From Girardia tigrina (Eukaryota): 64,000 bases of DNA. Of the stretch, positions 28,201-41,444 are shown piece after piece; the first letter of the stretch is position 1; every line of letters starts with the position of its first letter. Position numbers and translations under genes: made by a program. The stretch spans positions 7,671-71,670 of the forward strand of contig MQRK01216071.1 in NCBI GenBank assembly GCA_001938485.1, written 5' to 3'. The notes beneath the pieces were generated by a model. It worked only from the letters and a program-made list of their open reading frames with translations. It was not told the origin of the DNA and ran no database searches.

Positions 28201-28439
28201 AATTGTGCCTATGAAAAGAAATTAGATTAACATTATAACGAGCATTTTTGAGAATTGTTATTCATAAGACACTTCAAGCAATCATTAATTAATATTCAGA
28301 TAGATAAAGTAATTTCACTTCAATACTTAAAATTTTTAATTAAATATTTAAAAAATTGATAATTATATCTAAAAATCAATAAAAATCTATATAAATCTAT
28401 AAAATACAATTGATAATTTTATTTCTATTTTTATTGCTT

Positions 28440-28880
28440 TTTAGCACGTTTTACTTAACTTGCTTTTGGTTCTGTCTGTCTTTCTGTTTGTTTGTGATGT
28501 TTCACTTTTCACACGCTTTTTTAGACCACTTCCACTCATCCGATCGTTCTGAAATTTTTTATGTAGGCTTCTTCTCCCTGACATTTTGAGATTTTAGCAT
28601 CTCTGCATCTCAAAAATGCTCTAATAAATTGAAATTAATTAATTTTATATGGACTAAATTAAAATATAAAATTTATAAATTATAAAATTAAATCTTGGTA
28701 TACTACTTATAATAATAAGTAGTATAATAATACTAAGTAGTATAATAATANNNNNNNNNNNNNNNNNNNNNNNNNNNNNNNNNNNNNNNNNNNNNNNNNN
28801 NNNNNNNNNNCCGCCCCACGTTTTTGGGTTAGGTATAAAATTTCTCACATGTCTAGAAAAAAATTATTTTCCTCTTTTTA
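28440..28880 (+). mobile_element. Helentron/DINE-1-like non-autonomous element (tentative), spanning a small gap
   Basis: (CTGT)n-like microsatellite followed by CCGATCGTTCTGAAATTT, an ~18-bp tandem repeat running into the gap, and a CCGCCCC motif. Confidence 0.35.
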
Positions 28881-30256
28881 GTCCATATGAAAACGTGGTT
28901 TTTAAAACTTTTTTATTTATTATTATTAACAATATATATTTGCTGATGATTATATAAGAAGCATCGAATTAAGTACAATAATTATCATTTAAAAAGAGTT
29001 TTATATTATATTATATTATATCATATTATATTATCTAGAATATAATATTTTGACTTGTACAGTTTTTAATGTCACATTAGAAGGATAAAGCTTCATTGAA
29101 TAAAAGAAATGTGAAAGATAGAAAGGAAACTTGGATTTCAAAGTTCCGTTTGTGTCAGTGTTTTACTGAATTAATTGTTTTTCGGTTCCGTGTAGCGTTT
29201 TCCGAAAGTAATGGTGATGTTCTGGTTTATTTCCGACTCTTAACTTTGCGACTGAAAGCAATTTAAAAATTTATTGACAATTTTTGACAACAAACTATTT
29301 TAATAATCATATTCTTTTTATTGGTCTGAAAATGAGCTTCATTGTATTTAATTGTGTTGCTCAAACTGATCTAAATTTTAAAAAATAATTGCATTTTTTA
29401 ATTAATATTTTATAATTTTATTAATATAAAAAATGAATATTTACATTTATATTATATTGTTTTGGAATAAATAGAAATTCGATCGTTTAAATTTATCTTA
29501 TTCTTTGATACAAAGTATATTGGAAAGCTTCATTACTAATTTTAAGAGAGAAACCCAGTCAAACCTAAAAATCAAATTTATCCAAAGATAACTAAATAAA
29601 ATGTATAAATTACACTGTGTAACAATTTTTTTCACGCAAAAAAATTTCTATGTTACTTACACAATTTGAGTATACTGATTACGAATATGATATTAGTTTT
29701 TGCACACCATCTAATTATTTGCCGCTATTTAATATTTTCTTTATTTTCTATTTTTCTGTTTTAGATTAATACGTAATAGACTTCCCTTTTGTTTAAACGT
29801 ATCAATAACTCATTTACATTATTAAGTATTTTCAATTACCTACCATCACGAGCAAGCGAGCTTGTAAAATCTCCCACGACTCCTTTTGCTATATGTGCGG
29901 GTATTATATAGCTCCAAAACAACGAAAATATGCATTTTCAACTGGTAGTAAATTATGCACTGCTTATGAGGTTTACTTTGGTGTTCCTGTCACTGATCAA
30001 GACAAATCATGGGTGCCACATTTCAGTTGTGTTACTTGCCGGTCAAATTTAGGAAAAGGGCTAAATGGTAATCTCAGCAGCAGTTTGTCTTTTAGAATCC
30101 CTGAGATATAAGAGAGCCAACAAATCACCACGAGGATTGTTATTACTGTATGGTAGACATTTCCAAATTTAAAAATCCCAGAGATCGAAAAAGACTTATT
30201 TATCCAAACATCCCATCATCTTTAGCCCCAGAGCTCCACTCTAAAGAATTACCAGT

Positions 30257-30666
30257 GCACTTCTACTCCTTTACTGTATTAATCCTGAGGCTTTTAAGGA
30301 GGCCTGGGACGCTGACGATTCTCAACGGGCACTCCCTCTATGTAGGGATCCATGCCTTAGTTCAGTCGGTTAACCGACATCTTTGCAACAGCGTTCATCA
30401 GGCTTGATTCATCCTGGATGATTACGCTGCAATCCTACCATCGACCGCGAGGTCACTATTTCTCACAGCCTTCACACCCAGATTGTATAGCTACGCCTAG
30501 TTGATAGATTGCTAGCCCATCACTAAATACAATATATTGCCGACTGTTCCGCAATAAATCGGCTAGCTTATCAGACACTTTAGCCTTGAGACGGAATTGT
30601 ACCCAATCTAGTTTTTCAGGGACACTACGTAGAAGTATGTCTGCCTGGCCACACAGTTGATCCCTG
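30257..30666 (-). mobile_element. HDV-ribozyme-headed non-autonomous retroposon, copy B (410 nt, full length)
   Basis: Perfect 14-bp TSD AAAGAATTACCAGT (30243-30256 / 30667-30680); removing the insert restores the Chapaev reading (HSKELPV|P); homologous to 41445-41978. Confidence 0.9.
30572..30666 (-). ncRNA. HDV-like (double pseudoknot) self-cleaving ribozyme
   Basis: P1 CAGGGAT/GTCCCTG, P2 CAGACAT/GTGTCTG, P3 ACT/AGT, L3 TCTACGT, P4, J4/2 GG-CTAAA with the catalytic C. The P1.1 GG reads AA in this copy. Confidence 0.8.
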
Positions 30667-32395
30667 AAAGAATTACCAGTACCTTAACCAACACCTCTAA
30701 AAGCCATCTCTGACGATGATTTTTCTCATAAAGAAGATAGTGACGCTGACGTGGATTTTGTTGAAAAAAGTCTTTTTGTGAAAAAAGTCTATGAAAAAAT
30801 ATTCCTGCTTTCTTTGTCTCTTGTACAGTCGGACTACAGGTTCAACACTATGCTACAAAAGATTGGCCCCTTAGAGATGCATTTCTTCCTGGAAAGTAAA
30901 ATGTCATATACCCTCCTTTAGTCGAAAATGAAAAGATCTTGCTGCCGCCATTACATATAAAGCTTGGACTTCCGAAACAATTTGTAAAAGCTTTAAATCC
31001 CAGCGGACGGGCTTTCAAATATATTAGCAAAATGTTTCCCAAGTTATCTGAAGCTAAAGTCCAAACTGGTATATTCAAATTAGACTTATGTTGGCGTCAG
31101 AGGACTTGGAAAAGACGATAACTCCTAAAGAAAGGAATGTCTGGAGATTAGAAAAGTTGTGGAAGAATTCTTGGGAAATAAGAAGAGTGACGAGTACCAG
31201 CTAGTGATCAGTGATTTTCTCAAACACTTCGAAAAACTGGGCTGCAGAATGTCAGTGAAACTTCATTATTTGCATTCGCATCTACATTGGTTTCAGGAAA
31301 ACCTTGGTGACTTAAGCTAGGAACAGTGGGACGCTTCCACCAGGATATGCAAACAATTGGAGAAAAGGTACCAAGGAGAGTTGGATACAGCAATGATGGG
31401 AGATTACCTTTCGTTTTTGATTAAAAGCAATAGCACACAACATAAAAGACAGTCTCGTTCAAACCTTTACTTTTGATTGTTCACACATGACTTTAAAATC
31501 CACTGTTATGCAATTATTGTCAGTTTGAGCTTCTTTGTTATAAATTTTTTGAACTATAACTTCTTGTGGAACATTTTCTGGTCATTACAACAAATCTGAA
31601 ACGAAAAAAAAATAAAAAATGAGGGTTTTTTAACTAAATTCCGTTTTTTTAATTCCTAGGTTAATTCAGAGACGGAAAAGGAAAACCGATAACAAATTCA
31701 AAACCAGCATGTTGAAAAGTATCAAAAAATTCTTAAAACCGTTTGCGGGAGAAACTTTCTAAAAATTTTGTTACACAGTGTCTTATAAATAATTGAATAA
31801 GTAATGCGGTCTAGAAGTTTCAAATTTTCAAATGATAACACTTTAATATTTAATATTCACAGTTTTATAATTTTTGTTAATAATTTTCATAATATAATTT
31901 TATAGTAAGAGAAGCATTATTTTTGAGATCACTGAGATGTTTGAGTGATAATTATTAGTCATGTTTTTGTGGAAGGAAGCATTAAAGCTACTCACTGTTT
32001 TTGTATGCTTGGCAATCAGTTTCTGCCAATCATTTGAGAGTGCTGGTTGACTAAAATTAAATATCGAGTGATGGATTTAAATGAAAGTAAAGCTATTGAT
32101 CATCATAGATTTGATCAAAAATGTGAATGTAAATGTTCTGTCAAATGTGAGTTCTCTTAACAATGATATCTTAAAATGTCTGAATGAACTTTCTTTCAAC
32201 TTTTCAATTCAATGATATTGCTGTAGCCATAGAGGAATAAAATCACTAAAAGTCCTTAAAGTCGAAACATTTCATTCAAAACTGAACATCTGCAAATACT
32301 AAATTCATCTTTGCATTATTCATTGACAAACATTTTAATGTCTTTAGAGTAACTGAAATTCGTACTCCAAATATGAATTTGTTATAGTAAATATA

Positions 32396-33828
32396 GTACA
32401 CCCCGATTCAATTTTTTTGCAATTCACAAAATAGGGAATTTAAAACTGCATATTAAATATTCAACACATCTTTGTTTTAACGTATTACTTTAATTGTCTT
32501 TCCAATTTTGCATTTTTGAAAGTTGTAAATCGATTCAAAATTTTTGCANNNNNNNNNNNNNNNNNNNNNNNNNNNNNNNNNNNNNNNNNNNNNNNNNNNN
32601 NNNNNNNNNNNNNNNNNNNNNNNNNNNNNNNNNNNNNNNNNNNNNNNNNNNNNNNNNNNNNNNNNNNNNNNNNNNNNNNNNNNNNNNNNNNNNNNNNNNN
32701 NNNNNNNNNNNNNNNNNNNNNNNNNNNNNNNNNNNNNNNNNNNNNNNNNNNNNNNNNNNNNNNNNNNNNNNNNNNNNNNNNNNNNNNNNNNNNNNNNNNN
32801 NNNNNNNNNNNNNNNNNNNNNNNNNNNNNNNNNNNNNNNNNNNNNNNNNNNNNNNNNNNNNNNNNNNNNNNNNNNNNNNNNNNNNNNNNNNNNNNNNNNN
32901 NNNNNNNNNNNNNNNNNNNNNNNNNNNNNNNNNNNNNNNNNNNNNTCAAAAAAAACAGCGCGTGAAAATGGTTAGAAGCTACATAACGCAGCGCATTGAT
33001 TTTCATAAAGTAGTATTTACTGATGAATCTCGTTTTTCTTTTGACGGTAATGATAATTATCATAAATGGTCAAAAAACTCACGACCTATTGTCAATAGGA
33101 GACCTTACAAAGGAGGATCCATAATAGTCTGGGGTGCTATGACTTATACAGGTCAATTACTACTGCGTATAATCGAAGGAAACTTAAACAGTGAGAAATA
33201 TTGTGATCTTCTAAGAGATGATATTTTCCCTGTCTTAAAATCATCAATAGAGTCATTTATATTTCAACAAGACAACGCCCCGTGTCACACAAGTAAATAT
33301 ATGATCAGTACCATTGAGGAGGAAGGCGTTGAAATTTTAAAATGGCCAGCTCATAGTCCAGATATCAGTCCAATTGAGAAAATTATGTCCATATTAAAGA
33401 ACAGAGTGTATGAAAATACTCAGTTTAAGGATAAACAGTCTCTTTGGTCCAAAATCGAAAGTGAGGGAGAAAAGTTGACCACAAACGAACCAGATCTTTT
33501 TCAAAGGTTATATGCAAGATTTTACGAAAATATGTGTGACATATTGTGCTCAAATGGTGAACTTATAAAATAAGTGTATTTTATAAAAATAAATGTCATT
33601 TATTATTAAGTTGAGTGCCTTGAAGTATAGTGCAAAAATAATGAACCATTTTTAATGTCCCAATTTTATAATAAAGATATTTCAAAGAAAATATGTAAGT
33701 AAAGAAAAAGGTGATTATAACGTCTAACAGACATTTAAATTAGCTATTGAATGACATATAACATTCCATATATAGCGTGATGCAATTAGATAATTTATCA
33801 ATTGCAAAAAAATTGAATCGGGGTATAG
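32396..33828 (+). mobile_element. Tc1 DD34E transposon with TIRs (N-terminal part lies in a gap)
   Basis: TA flanks; TIRs containing ACCCCGATTCAATTTTTTTGCAATT at both ends. Confidence 0.92.
32947..33573 (+). CDS. Tc1 transposase catalytic domain (5' end in gap)
   Basis: Open frame with VFTDESRF, GGSIIVWG, FQQDNAPCH, WPAHSPDISPIE; 34 residues separate the second D and the E. Confidence 0.9.
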   Translation, partial: QKKQRVKMVRSYITQRIDFHKVVFTDESRFSFDGNDNYHKWSKNSRPIVNRRPYKGGSIIVWGAMTYTGQLLLRIIEGNLNSEKYCDLLRDDIFPVLKSSIESFIFQQDNAPCHTSKYMISTIEEEGVEILKWPAHSPDISPIEKIMSILKNRVYENTQFKDKQSLWSKIESEGEKLTTNEPDLFQRLYARFYENMCDILCSNGELIK

Positions 33829-36334
33829 TATCTGTGGATATATTTGTTACTGTTGAATATTTGTTACCATCAAATCCAAAACAATCCGAAATCTCATCGA
33901 TGCAATTTGACTGAAATGTTTTTATTGATGAAAAAGCGTTTGTATTGATGAAAATAGGATAAAATGCGGTCCTAAGTCTTGATAAGCAGCAAAACCTTTG
34001 TCAGTCATCATGACAAAATAATCTTTTGTGTATTGCAAGCATATATGTCAATTAACAAAAGCCTTGCTTTATAGATTATTTGAAAGTTGTTGGATTTTGG
34101 CTCTTAGAGATCAGAAAAACAATAAACTCAAATCAAATACTTTTAGACATTTTGTTGTCTTTGGTGAAATGTAGATAAATTTTTAGATTAATCATTTCAT
34201 TTTAAAAGTTTCACGTTGTGGAAAGGTTGTGAATTATATTATTGCTTATATGACTTTGTTTTTGACAAAAATTAAGAGATAAACTTCTAATATTTTAACC
34301 CTTAAAAGTTTTAAAAACATGAAAAGCAATTATATTTTCTAATTTTCATTTAAAATTTTCAAAACATAAATTTGTTTTTTATTTTTCATTTCTATTTTGA
34401 CCTTTCGAGAACAATTGTAAACAAATTATATAAAATATTTTTTATGAAATCTAAACTTCAATTTTATGAATGTTTAATTATATTTTAAAAATCTTATAGT
34501 TTAGTTTTTTTAAAATCCTCTTCCTTTTTTCTGATTTGTGCAGCTAAATAAATTAAAATTTTGACTTTTATAAAAATTAAATATAAGAACAAGCATACAA
34601 CTAAAGATAATAATAAATATTTTAAAAGATTTTGCTGCAGATATTTATAAACGTCTCACCTTTATATAGAGATAACATTAAAAATATTAATAATTAATAA
34701 AAAATATTAGAGTACATGCAGATTGACTACAATTATATATTTTTTGGACAGGTGTATTGCACTTTTTCTGTCAACATGCAGTAAATATCAATAATTTATC
34801 CTTGATGCAATTAATCTGTCGCGAACTGTAGTTACAGTATGTATTACCTATATGCAAGTTTGTTTAGGGCACCAAGCGACTTTGATATAGACAATATCTA
34901 CTGTAATTTAATAATATATTCATATAAATTGATAATATCGATGAAGTAAAAAACATTTGAAAAAGTTTCTTTTTAGAAATTTTCATAATAAATTTTATTG
35001 TATTCCTGAAATTATAAAAGGAACAGAATTGAAGTCATATGTAATTTAAAAGTGAATTTCCTTCAAAAAAAACCGAAAATATATTATTCAACAAAGAATA
35101 ATTATATTAATTGTTATCAAACATGTTTTTTAGAATATATAGATAAAAATATTATTATATTATTAAAGATAAAGATACCTAATTTTTATTTTTTTTGTTT
35201 AAATGTATCATATGCAATTATATTAAATTTATTTAATTATTTATAGATGATATTTTGTGGGAGACCCAATTTAATTTTTTAAAGACTTCAAAAGTTTATT
35301 TGAATATTTTTTAAATTAATTTAAACTTATGTAACATTTTTTAATTTTCCAAAAAACATTTTCCCTTTGTATCCTTATTTTTAAATAAACAGATAAATAT
35401 ATAACTAAAATTAAAAAAAAGAATTTTTATATATCCCCAAAAAATCAATAAACATTTATTAATTTTTAACCAATTTTTTTGTTTGGAATAATATCAAACG
35501 ATAAACAATCATTAAAAATGCAAGGATATGGCAGTTGAATACGTCCCCTGAGTTTTCAGTGTAAGCTCAGCATGGCGTAACCAGAAATTGAAAATTTTTA
35601 AGATAACCCAGAAAATGTGAATTCTTTAAATAAAAAACGTTTTTTTCTCATAAAAACTAAATTTCCAATAAAATGTCATTAAAAAATGTAAATTAAAAAC
35701 AAATTTTATTTAAAATATAATGGTCACTGAAAGAAGAATAAATTAACCACTTGTTTCAGAAAAACAGAATGGAACTCGTGAGGTTTCCTGTTATCTCAGT
35801 ACCGATACTAATCCTTCATTTTCAATATTTTTATTATTCCAAAGAAGTATTTGTATTAACCAGTTTATTAAAATTAGTCTAAATTTTATATATTATAATC
35901 AATTTCTCAAAAGGAATTATTAATTAAATTGTAAAATAATTTAGAAAGTATTTTTCAACCGTGTTTCTTACAATAATAAGTTTTACAAATAATAAGTTTA
36001 AAAAAGGGATTCGTATATATTTGTAGGATGTTAGACAACCTACTAGTCCCAACAAAAAACTATCTAAAAAACTCATTTCTGTGCAAATGGAGTCACGTAA
36101 TGAAAAGCGGAACGTAATTAAAAACAAAATCAACGCAAAATATTTTAAAATAAATTGAGTAAAATTTTTATTTTTTAAATCTCATTTTCACTAAAATTAG
36201 TATACCAAAAATTTATAAAAAGTTGAAAAATAAATAATAAATATTTCATCAACTTTTTAAGATTTTATAAATATATATAATATTTTGTTTGTGCTAAATA
36301 AAATACTTTTTCTTTGGAAAAATTGTAGTAATGT

Positions 36335-36500
36335 TTGTATGAAAACAAAATTCATCCATTAATAATATATTTCGACAGATAAACCGTCATCAACAGGTCA
36401 CTGATTAATAACTGACTCCCCTGTATATAAATATTAAAATAGTGATTAATGCATGAAATCAAGCCGATCAAAAATTCTCAATATGTTGGTTGAATGTCTG
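36335..36500 (-). repeat. Penelope-type pseudo-LTR, copy 3, with hammerhead remnant (~36362-36402)
   Basis: Minus strand GTGACCTGTTGATGACGGTTTATCTGTCGAAATATATT keeps GAAA, but the core reads CUGUUGA. Confidence 0.6.
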
Positions 36501-39128
36501 ATAAGAATTAATAATGGAAATTTAATATTAATAAATTGATTTTATAGTTATTGAGACAGTGTGTCAAGTGAAGTTTTGTTAATTAGGTCATGTTACCCTA
36601 TAATCAATGTTAAATTGGCAGTCTAAACCAGATTATTGAGAATGTTTGATTAGTAAATCAAACAAAAAGACATGAAGAAGTTTAGAAAGTTAAAATTGTT
36701 GTAATAGAAAGATAGAGTGCAGTTTGTAGGTTTTAAATTTCAAAAATTGATATACGAGAATAAAGGTGAGAGGGGAAATTGAATTTTATAATTATTAAGA
36801 ACTCCAATATGACTTTTAACATTTTTATTATTACAAGTTTAGTAGTCCTCAGGACAAACTTTTCTAAAGCTTTCGTAAGATTACATAAGTCTACTAATTA
36901 TTTACTTTAATCTTATTATCTGAGAAAATGGAGAAAAAATAATTTGTTCAAATATTTTCTCAAAATTTATTGGATAAAAATAAAAATGATTATTAATTAT
37001 TTAAAAATATTAATTTAATTTATTTATTTAAAAATTGTAAATAAAATTAATAAACTATAGATCCCAGTTTCCAAATGGCAATTTCTTGCTCTTTCTATTA
37101 ATAGAATGGTAAAACAATATTGTAAAGTTTATATTTGGGTGTAAGGAATTCATATAATTTGAGAACGTTTCCAGTTATTTTTTATTATCAAACATTAGAA
37201 AAATATCATATACATAAAGTTTATGAATTTTAAATTTAATACCATCATATAGACTTATTTTCTCTTTAATCTTTGAAAGAAATATCGAAGCTAAAGTTTG
37301 AGCTAATTGAGAACCTTTATCTACTCCTTCAACCTGCTGATACCATTCATTATTAAATAAAAATCGTAAATTCGATGTGACAAATATAACAATTCCCGAA
37401 AAGCAATCCCATCAACTAAATGATGTTCGTTAACATTATTTCTCCATAATTAGTAACATAAATTTATAGTTTCACGTAAAGGAATATTTGTAAACAAATT
37501 TACAACTTCAAAGGATATCAGAAAATTATTATTTATGTCAAAAATAAAAATTATCTCAACAAAAGACGATTATGGCCAACTTTCAGGAACGAGTTATCAA
37601 TTCACAGGGCGTTTAAAATTCCACTTCATGCCGAATTGATTAGACCTTTGAATTTCCGAAGAAGATTCATTTTTATCAATTGAAACAACTTGCTTTCAAA
37701 ATCACTATTCTTGAGGTTTAGATTGGAGATAATGGAACAGGTTTATTTTATGCTGTACGAGGTTCTCAGTCAAATTATAGGAAACTGTGGTTGGTTTCTT
37801 CACCCAAACCAAGATGGTTCAGATGACGAGTAATGGTTTTTTTAGAAGGACCGTGTTCATCTGAAAGTTTGTGGGTTGTCGAAATTGGCTACTGTTCAAC
37901 CAAGACATGCAGCTTATCTTGATTTACTACTAATGTTCACCTGAGTAACTGGTTTCACCTTGCTTGAAGCGCTTGAATCTCCATCGGAACGGACTATTCT
38001 TCAATGCATTCTGGCCATCAAAATCATAGATTTCAAGAGTCGTTGCTGTGACTATAATATCATTTTTCTACTAGTAAAGTAAACGGATTTAATAGTTATT
38101 AGGTTTGTGATTACAATTCGAAGTCATAATTTTGTAAACTTTATTCTATCACAATTTTCATTATTGAAACAAATTTATGAGGAACAAAATTTTAGTTACA
38201 TAATCCAGATCTCAAAATTCTAAATGTAAATAATAATATCGATAAATATACAAATATGTTATTTTATTCAATTTTGTATAAACCATATGTTGTTTTTTTT
38301 TTGCTTTATTAATTTTTTACAATGTTTATTAATTAAAATCTAAATTTAAATTTTTAAAAATATTTTTTTTAAAAATTCAATTCCTAAATGTTTTTTTGAT
38401 TTTTAATCATTCGATGATAAATTATTTTTTAATAAAAATCATTTATTTGTTTTTTTAATAAAATTGCATTCTTTTTAAAATTTATTTTACTTTATATTGA
38501 TTTTATACATTAAAAAGTATTATAATTTTATTTTAAATATTGTTACAAAATATATCAAAATCTTCTTTACAATGTTCTTTAACTTCGAAGATGATATTTT
38601 AATTGTGAATTTTTTCCAAAATATAAATATGATTTTTAAAAATATCAAAAATTTAAAGTTCACGAAAAGGAATCCCAACAATAGTCATGTTTTTTACATG
38701 AAATGTAACACTATATATAAATAATAAAAAGCAATTTTATAACAGAAATAGATTCTCCTAATAAAGATTTTAAATATGATGTCCAACTTAGCGAAAGAAA
38801 ATTTTTGTAATGGAACATAAAATACCAATAACGTTTTGGACAACTTGGTATTTTAAGATTATCAATGTTTTTAACAGATAATTTCTTTAAAATCAGAACG
38901 ATTAAAGTATTAATCTTCCGACGGTATTTAAAAATAGATTTATAATTTTCTTAGAAAATCATAGCAAGTCGAGATGTCTCCTTAAAGAATCTTATTTCAA
39001 AGTGTTGAAAATATTAAATATCTATAAATAATCAATTAAATTTAAAAGCGCTATATTTATGAACCATAACAAATATTTTATGTAATATTATTAGTGGTAA
39101 ATAATAATAAAGATTTAATGACTATTAA

Positions 39129-39605
39129 CTCTTCCGTGGCTATGGGGGTATTGAGAATACCCCACAATTTTAGCACTACACTCTATTATTGGAGTGGAAA
39201 TTAAAACTTTATTTTCTCCAAAATTTGATTTGATGATTGCTTTTTTAGATCAGAAAGAATTGACCGAACTGGTCGTCGCGACCAAAAGATCAAGTCGATT
39301 TTCGAGCAGTTTGTGGAAGTTTAATTATTCTCCTGATGCAAATATAGCCGTAGATAAACGAGTGGCAACTTTAGAGAGACGATGTCCTTTCCGTGTGTAT
39401 ATGAGATAAAGGTCTGGTAAGTATGGCATAAAATTAAGGTCTGGTAAGTATGGCATAAAATTATGAGTTGCCGCTGAAAGTTCATCTGGTTATATTTGCA
39501 ACAGTCAGGTATATACTGGAAAAATAAATAATAAATAATCATATAAATAATTATTTGGGTATCACGAATACTCCGACCGTCACAAAATATTTAGGCTCTG
39601 AAGAG
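39129..39605 (+). mobile_element. Internally deleted piggyBac element
   Basis: TTAA|CTCTTC...GAAGAG|TTAA; GGGTATT..GAATACCCC subterminal inverted repeats; internal AVDKR..RCPFRVYMR*RSGKYGIK; a 27-bp tandem duplication at ~39409-39463. Confidence 0.88.
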
Positions 39606-41039
39606 TTAAATTAAATTCCTTATTTTATGAAATAAATCCTTATTTCTTGAAAAATAAATAATCTTCTACAGAAAATTAAACGTAAAATTATTAAAAATTT
39701 AATAAAAATTTTAATATTTTGCATTTTATTTTTAAAATAATTATTCAATTTTTTGAAAGCAAACAAGTCAGATGAAACTTAATCTGTCTATGCTTTTCTC
39801 TTGACTCATGTTCATTCATTTTAGGACCTTTTTACCTCAATAAGAAAAGAATTGTGATTTTTTAAAATCTATAAATAAGAATAAGGTATGTTAATACATT
39901 GTTAGAAATATATCACAATAAATACACTAAAGAGACAAAAGTATTTAAAAACGAATAAATAGAGTGACAGATGCCTGGATCCAAGAGAAATATGGGAAGG
40001 GCTTATGAGGCTTTAGAATTGAATACCCAAGAGTATAAATTATTATCAGACCCTTAATTAATGTTTCAATTAACTAGTTTTATGTGGGGAGAGCACAACA
40101 TCACTTTGACAGAAATGCATTTTTAAAAGCATTTGCAATATTCCCTAAGTCACATGAGATATTTCATAGAAAAATAAATAAATATATAAATAATTAATAA
40201 TTAAGAACTTTTTTTCGTGTTTCATACTTTATACTTTTATATTATTTTAATACTTGTAAAATCAATTATTATCTGTATAAATGAAGTAAAAAATTAAATA
40301 TTGTAACATTTGAAAGTAACGTTGTAACAGAACATAACGAAAGAAAGTTGGATTGATCAAACATTTTACAAACCGAACAAAATATCTCTTTGATTATGGG
40401 TCGAGTTGAAAGGTTTTAAAATAATAACCTCGATCCGATGTGCCGGTGAAGACCTCAAACGAAAAGGTAGTTTGTGTCAAACGAAAAGATCGAGTGTTTT
40501 TGAAGAAATGAAAATTAAAATCAAACCAAATTGTCAAATAGAAAACAGAGGAGAGGGAAATTCGTTGTAAACTAACCAGTCGTAAAATGTCATTGACAGA
40601 ATTTGAAATTGAATGGTATTTAAAATGTAAAAAATGGTTAAAATTTGTCTACAGTCAATGTTCAAAACTTTGAATTGATAGAAAAATAACTAATTGTTTC
40701 GTAAAAATAATTAAATAAATATTATCAAAAAAAGTTTAACAAAATAAATAATTTTAAATTTAAAGTAATTGTTTGAATGTGATTGGATGATTGAGTGTGT
40801 GATTAATTTGCGTACGTGACTAATTGTTTTTGTTACTATTAGCAACACCAATATGATTTTTCAAACATTTATTAACATCACCATTAGAATTGTTATGATA
40901 ACAATTATTCGAAAGGCTTTCGCTTTTTGACATTTTTCTTGGTTAATATATTTCGGAATTCATACTAATTTTTCAAAAAATGAAAAAGTTCTGTTAATAA
41001 TTATTAATTATAAAGATTCTAATTGGTTAAAATTAAATC

Positions 41040-41276
41040 TAAACATTTTATAAAAATTACCAATTAAATTAATATATTAAATTATAAATTACATTAAAAA
41101 TTAAATATTAAATTCGAAAATTATTTTAAATCTTTTTACTTTAAAGTTAAATTAAATTATTTTTAATTAGTAGGAATCAAAGAAAATACCAATCATCCAT
41201 CTGAGTAGGAGAGACACAACCCGAATCAACATACAACATGCACAATATCAACAAACAATTCAAAAGATTCCTCACA
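41040..41276 (-). mobile_element. LTR remnant of the TGTGAGGAAT family
   Basis: Minus strand begins TGTGAGGAATC and aligns to the LTR starting at 4279; far boundary approximate. Confidence 0.55.
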
Positions 41277-41444
41277 ATTCCATTTCAAAGTTTAAAAATG
41301 TTTTTTCATCGATTTTTGGGTAATTAAAAAAAAGACAGCTCAGCTTAAATTGGGAATTAAAAAAATTGAATGTCAAGTTAAAATTTATAAAAAAATGTTT
41401 GGTGATTAAAATATTAAGGTGTTCAGAAGTGTACCTGCTGATTT

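Larger units (their letters stand above)
29613..31780 (+). mobile_element. Chapaev3-type (CMC superfamily) DNA transposon, internally deleted and disrupted
   Basis: TIRs CACTGTGTAACAA / TTGTTACACAGTG; FCYMCG..DQDKSWVPHFSCVTC..EPTNHHEDCYYC zinc domain; LPPLHIKLGL, FPKLSEAK, MSVKLHYLHSHL, RFHQD motifs. Confidence 0.85.

Noticed and set aside
30310-30405. Hammerhead cores CTGACGA / CTGATGA within retroposon copy B
   Set aside because: No downstream stem II plus GAAA, and not conserved in copy A.
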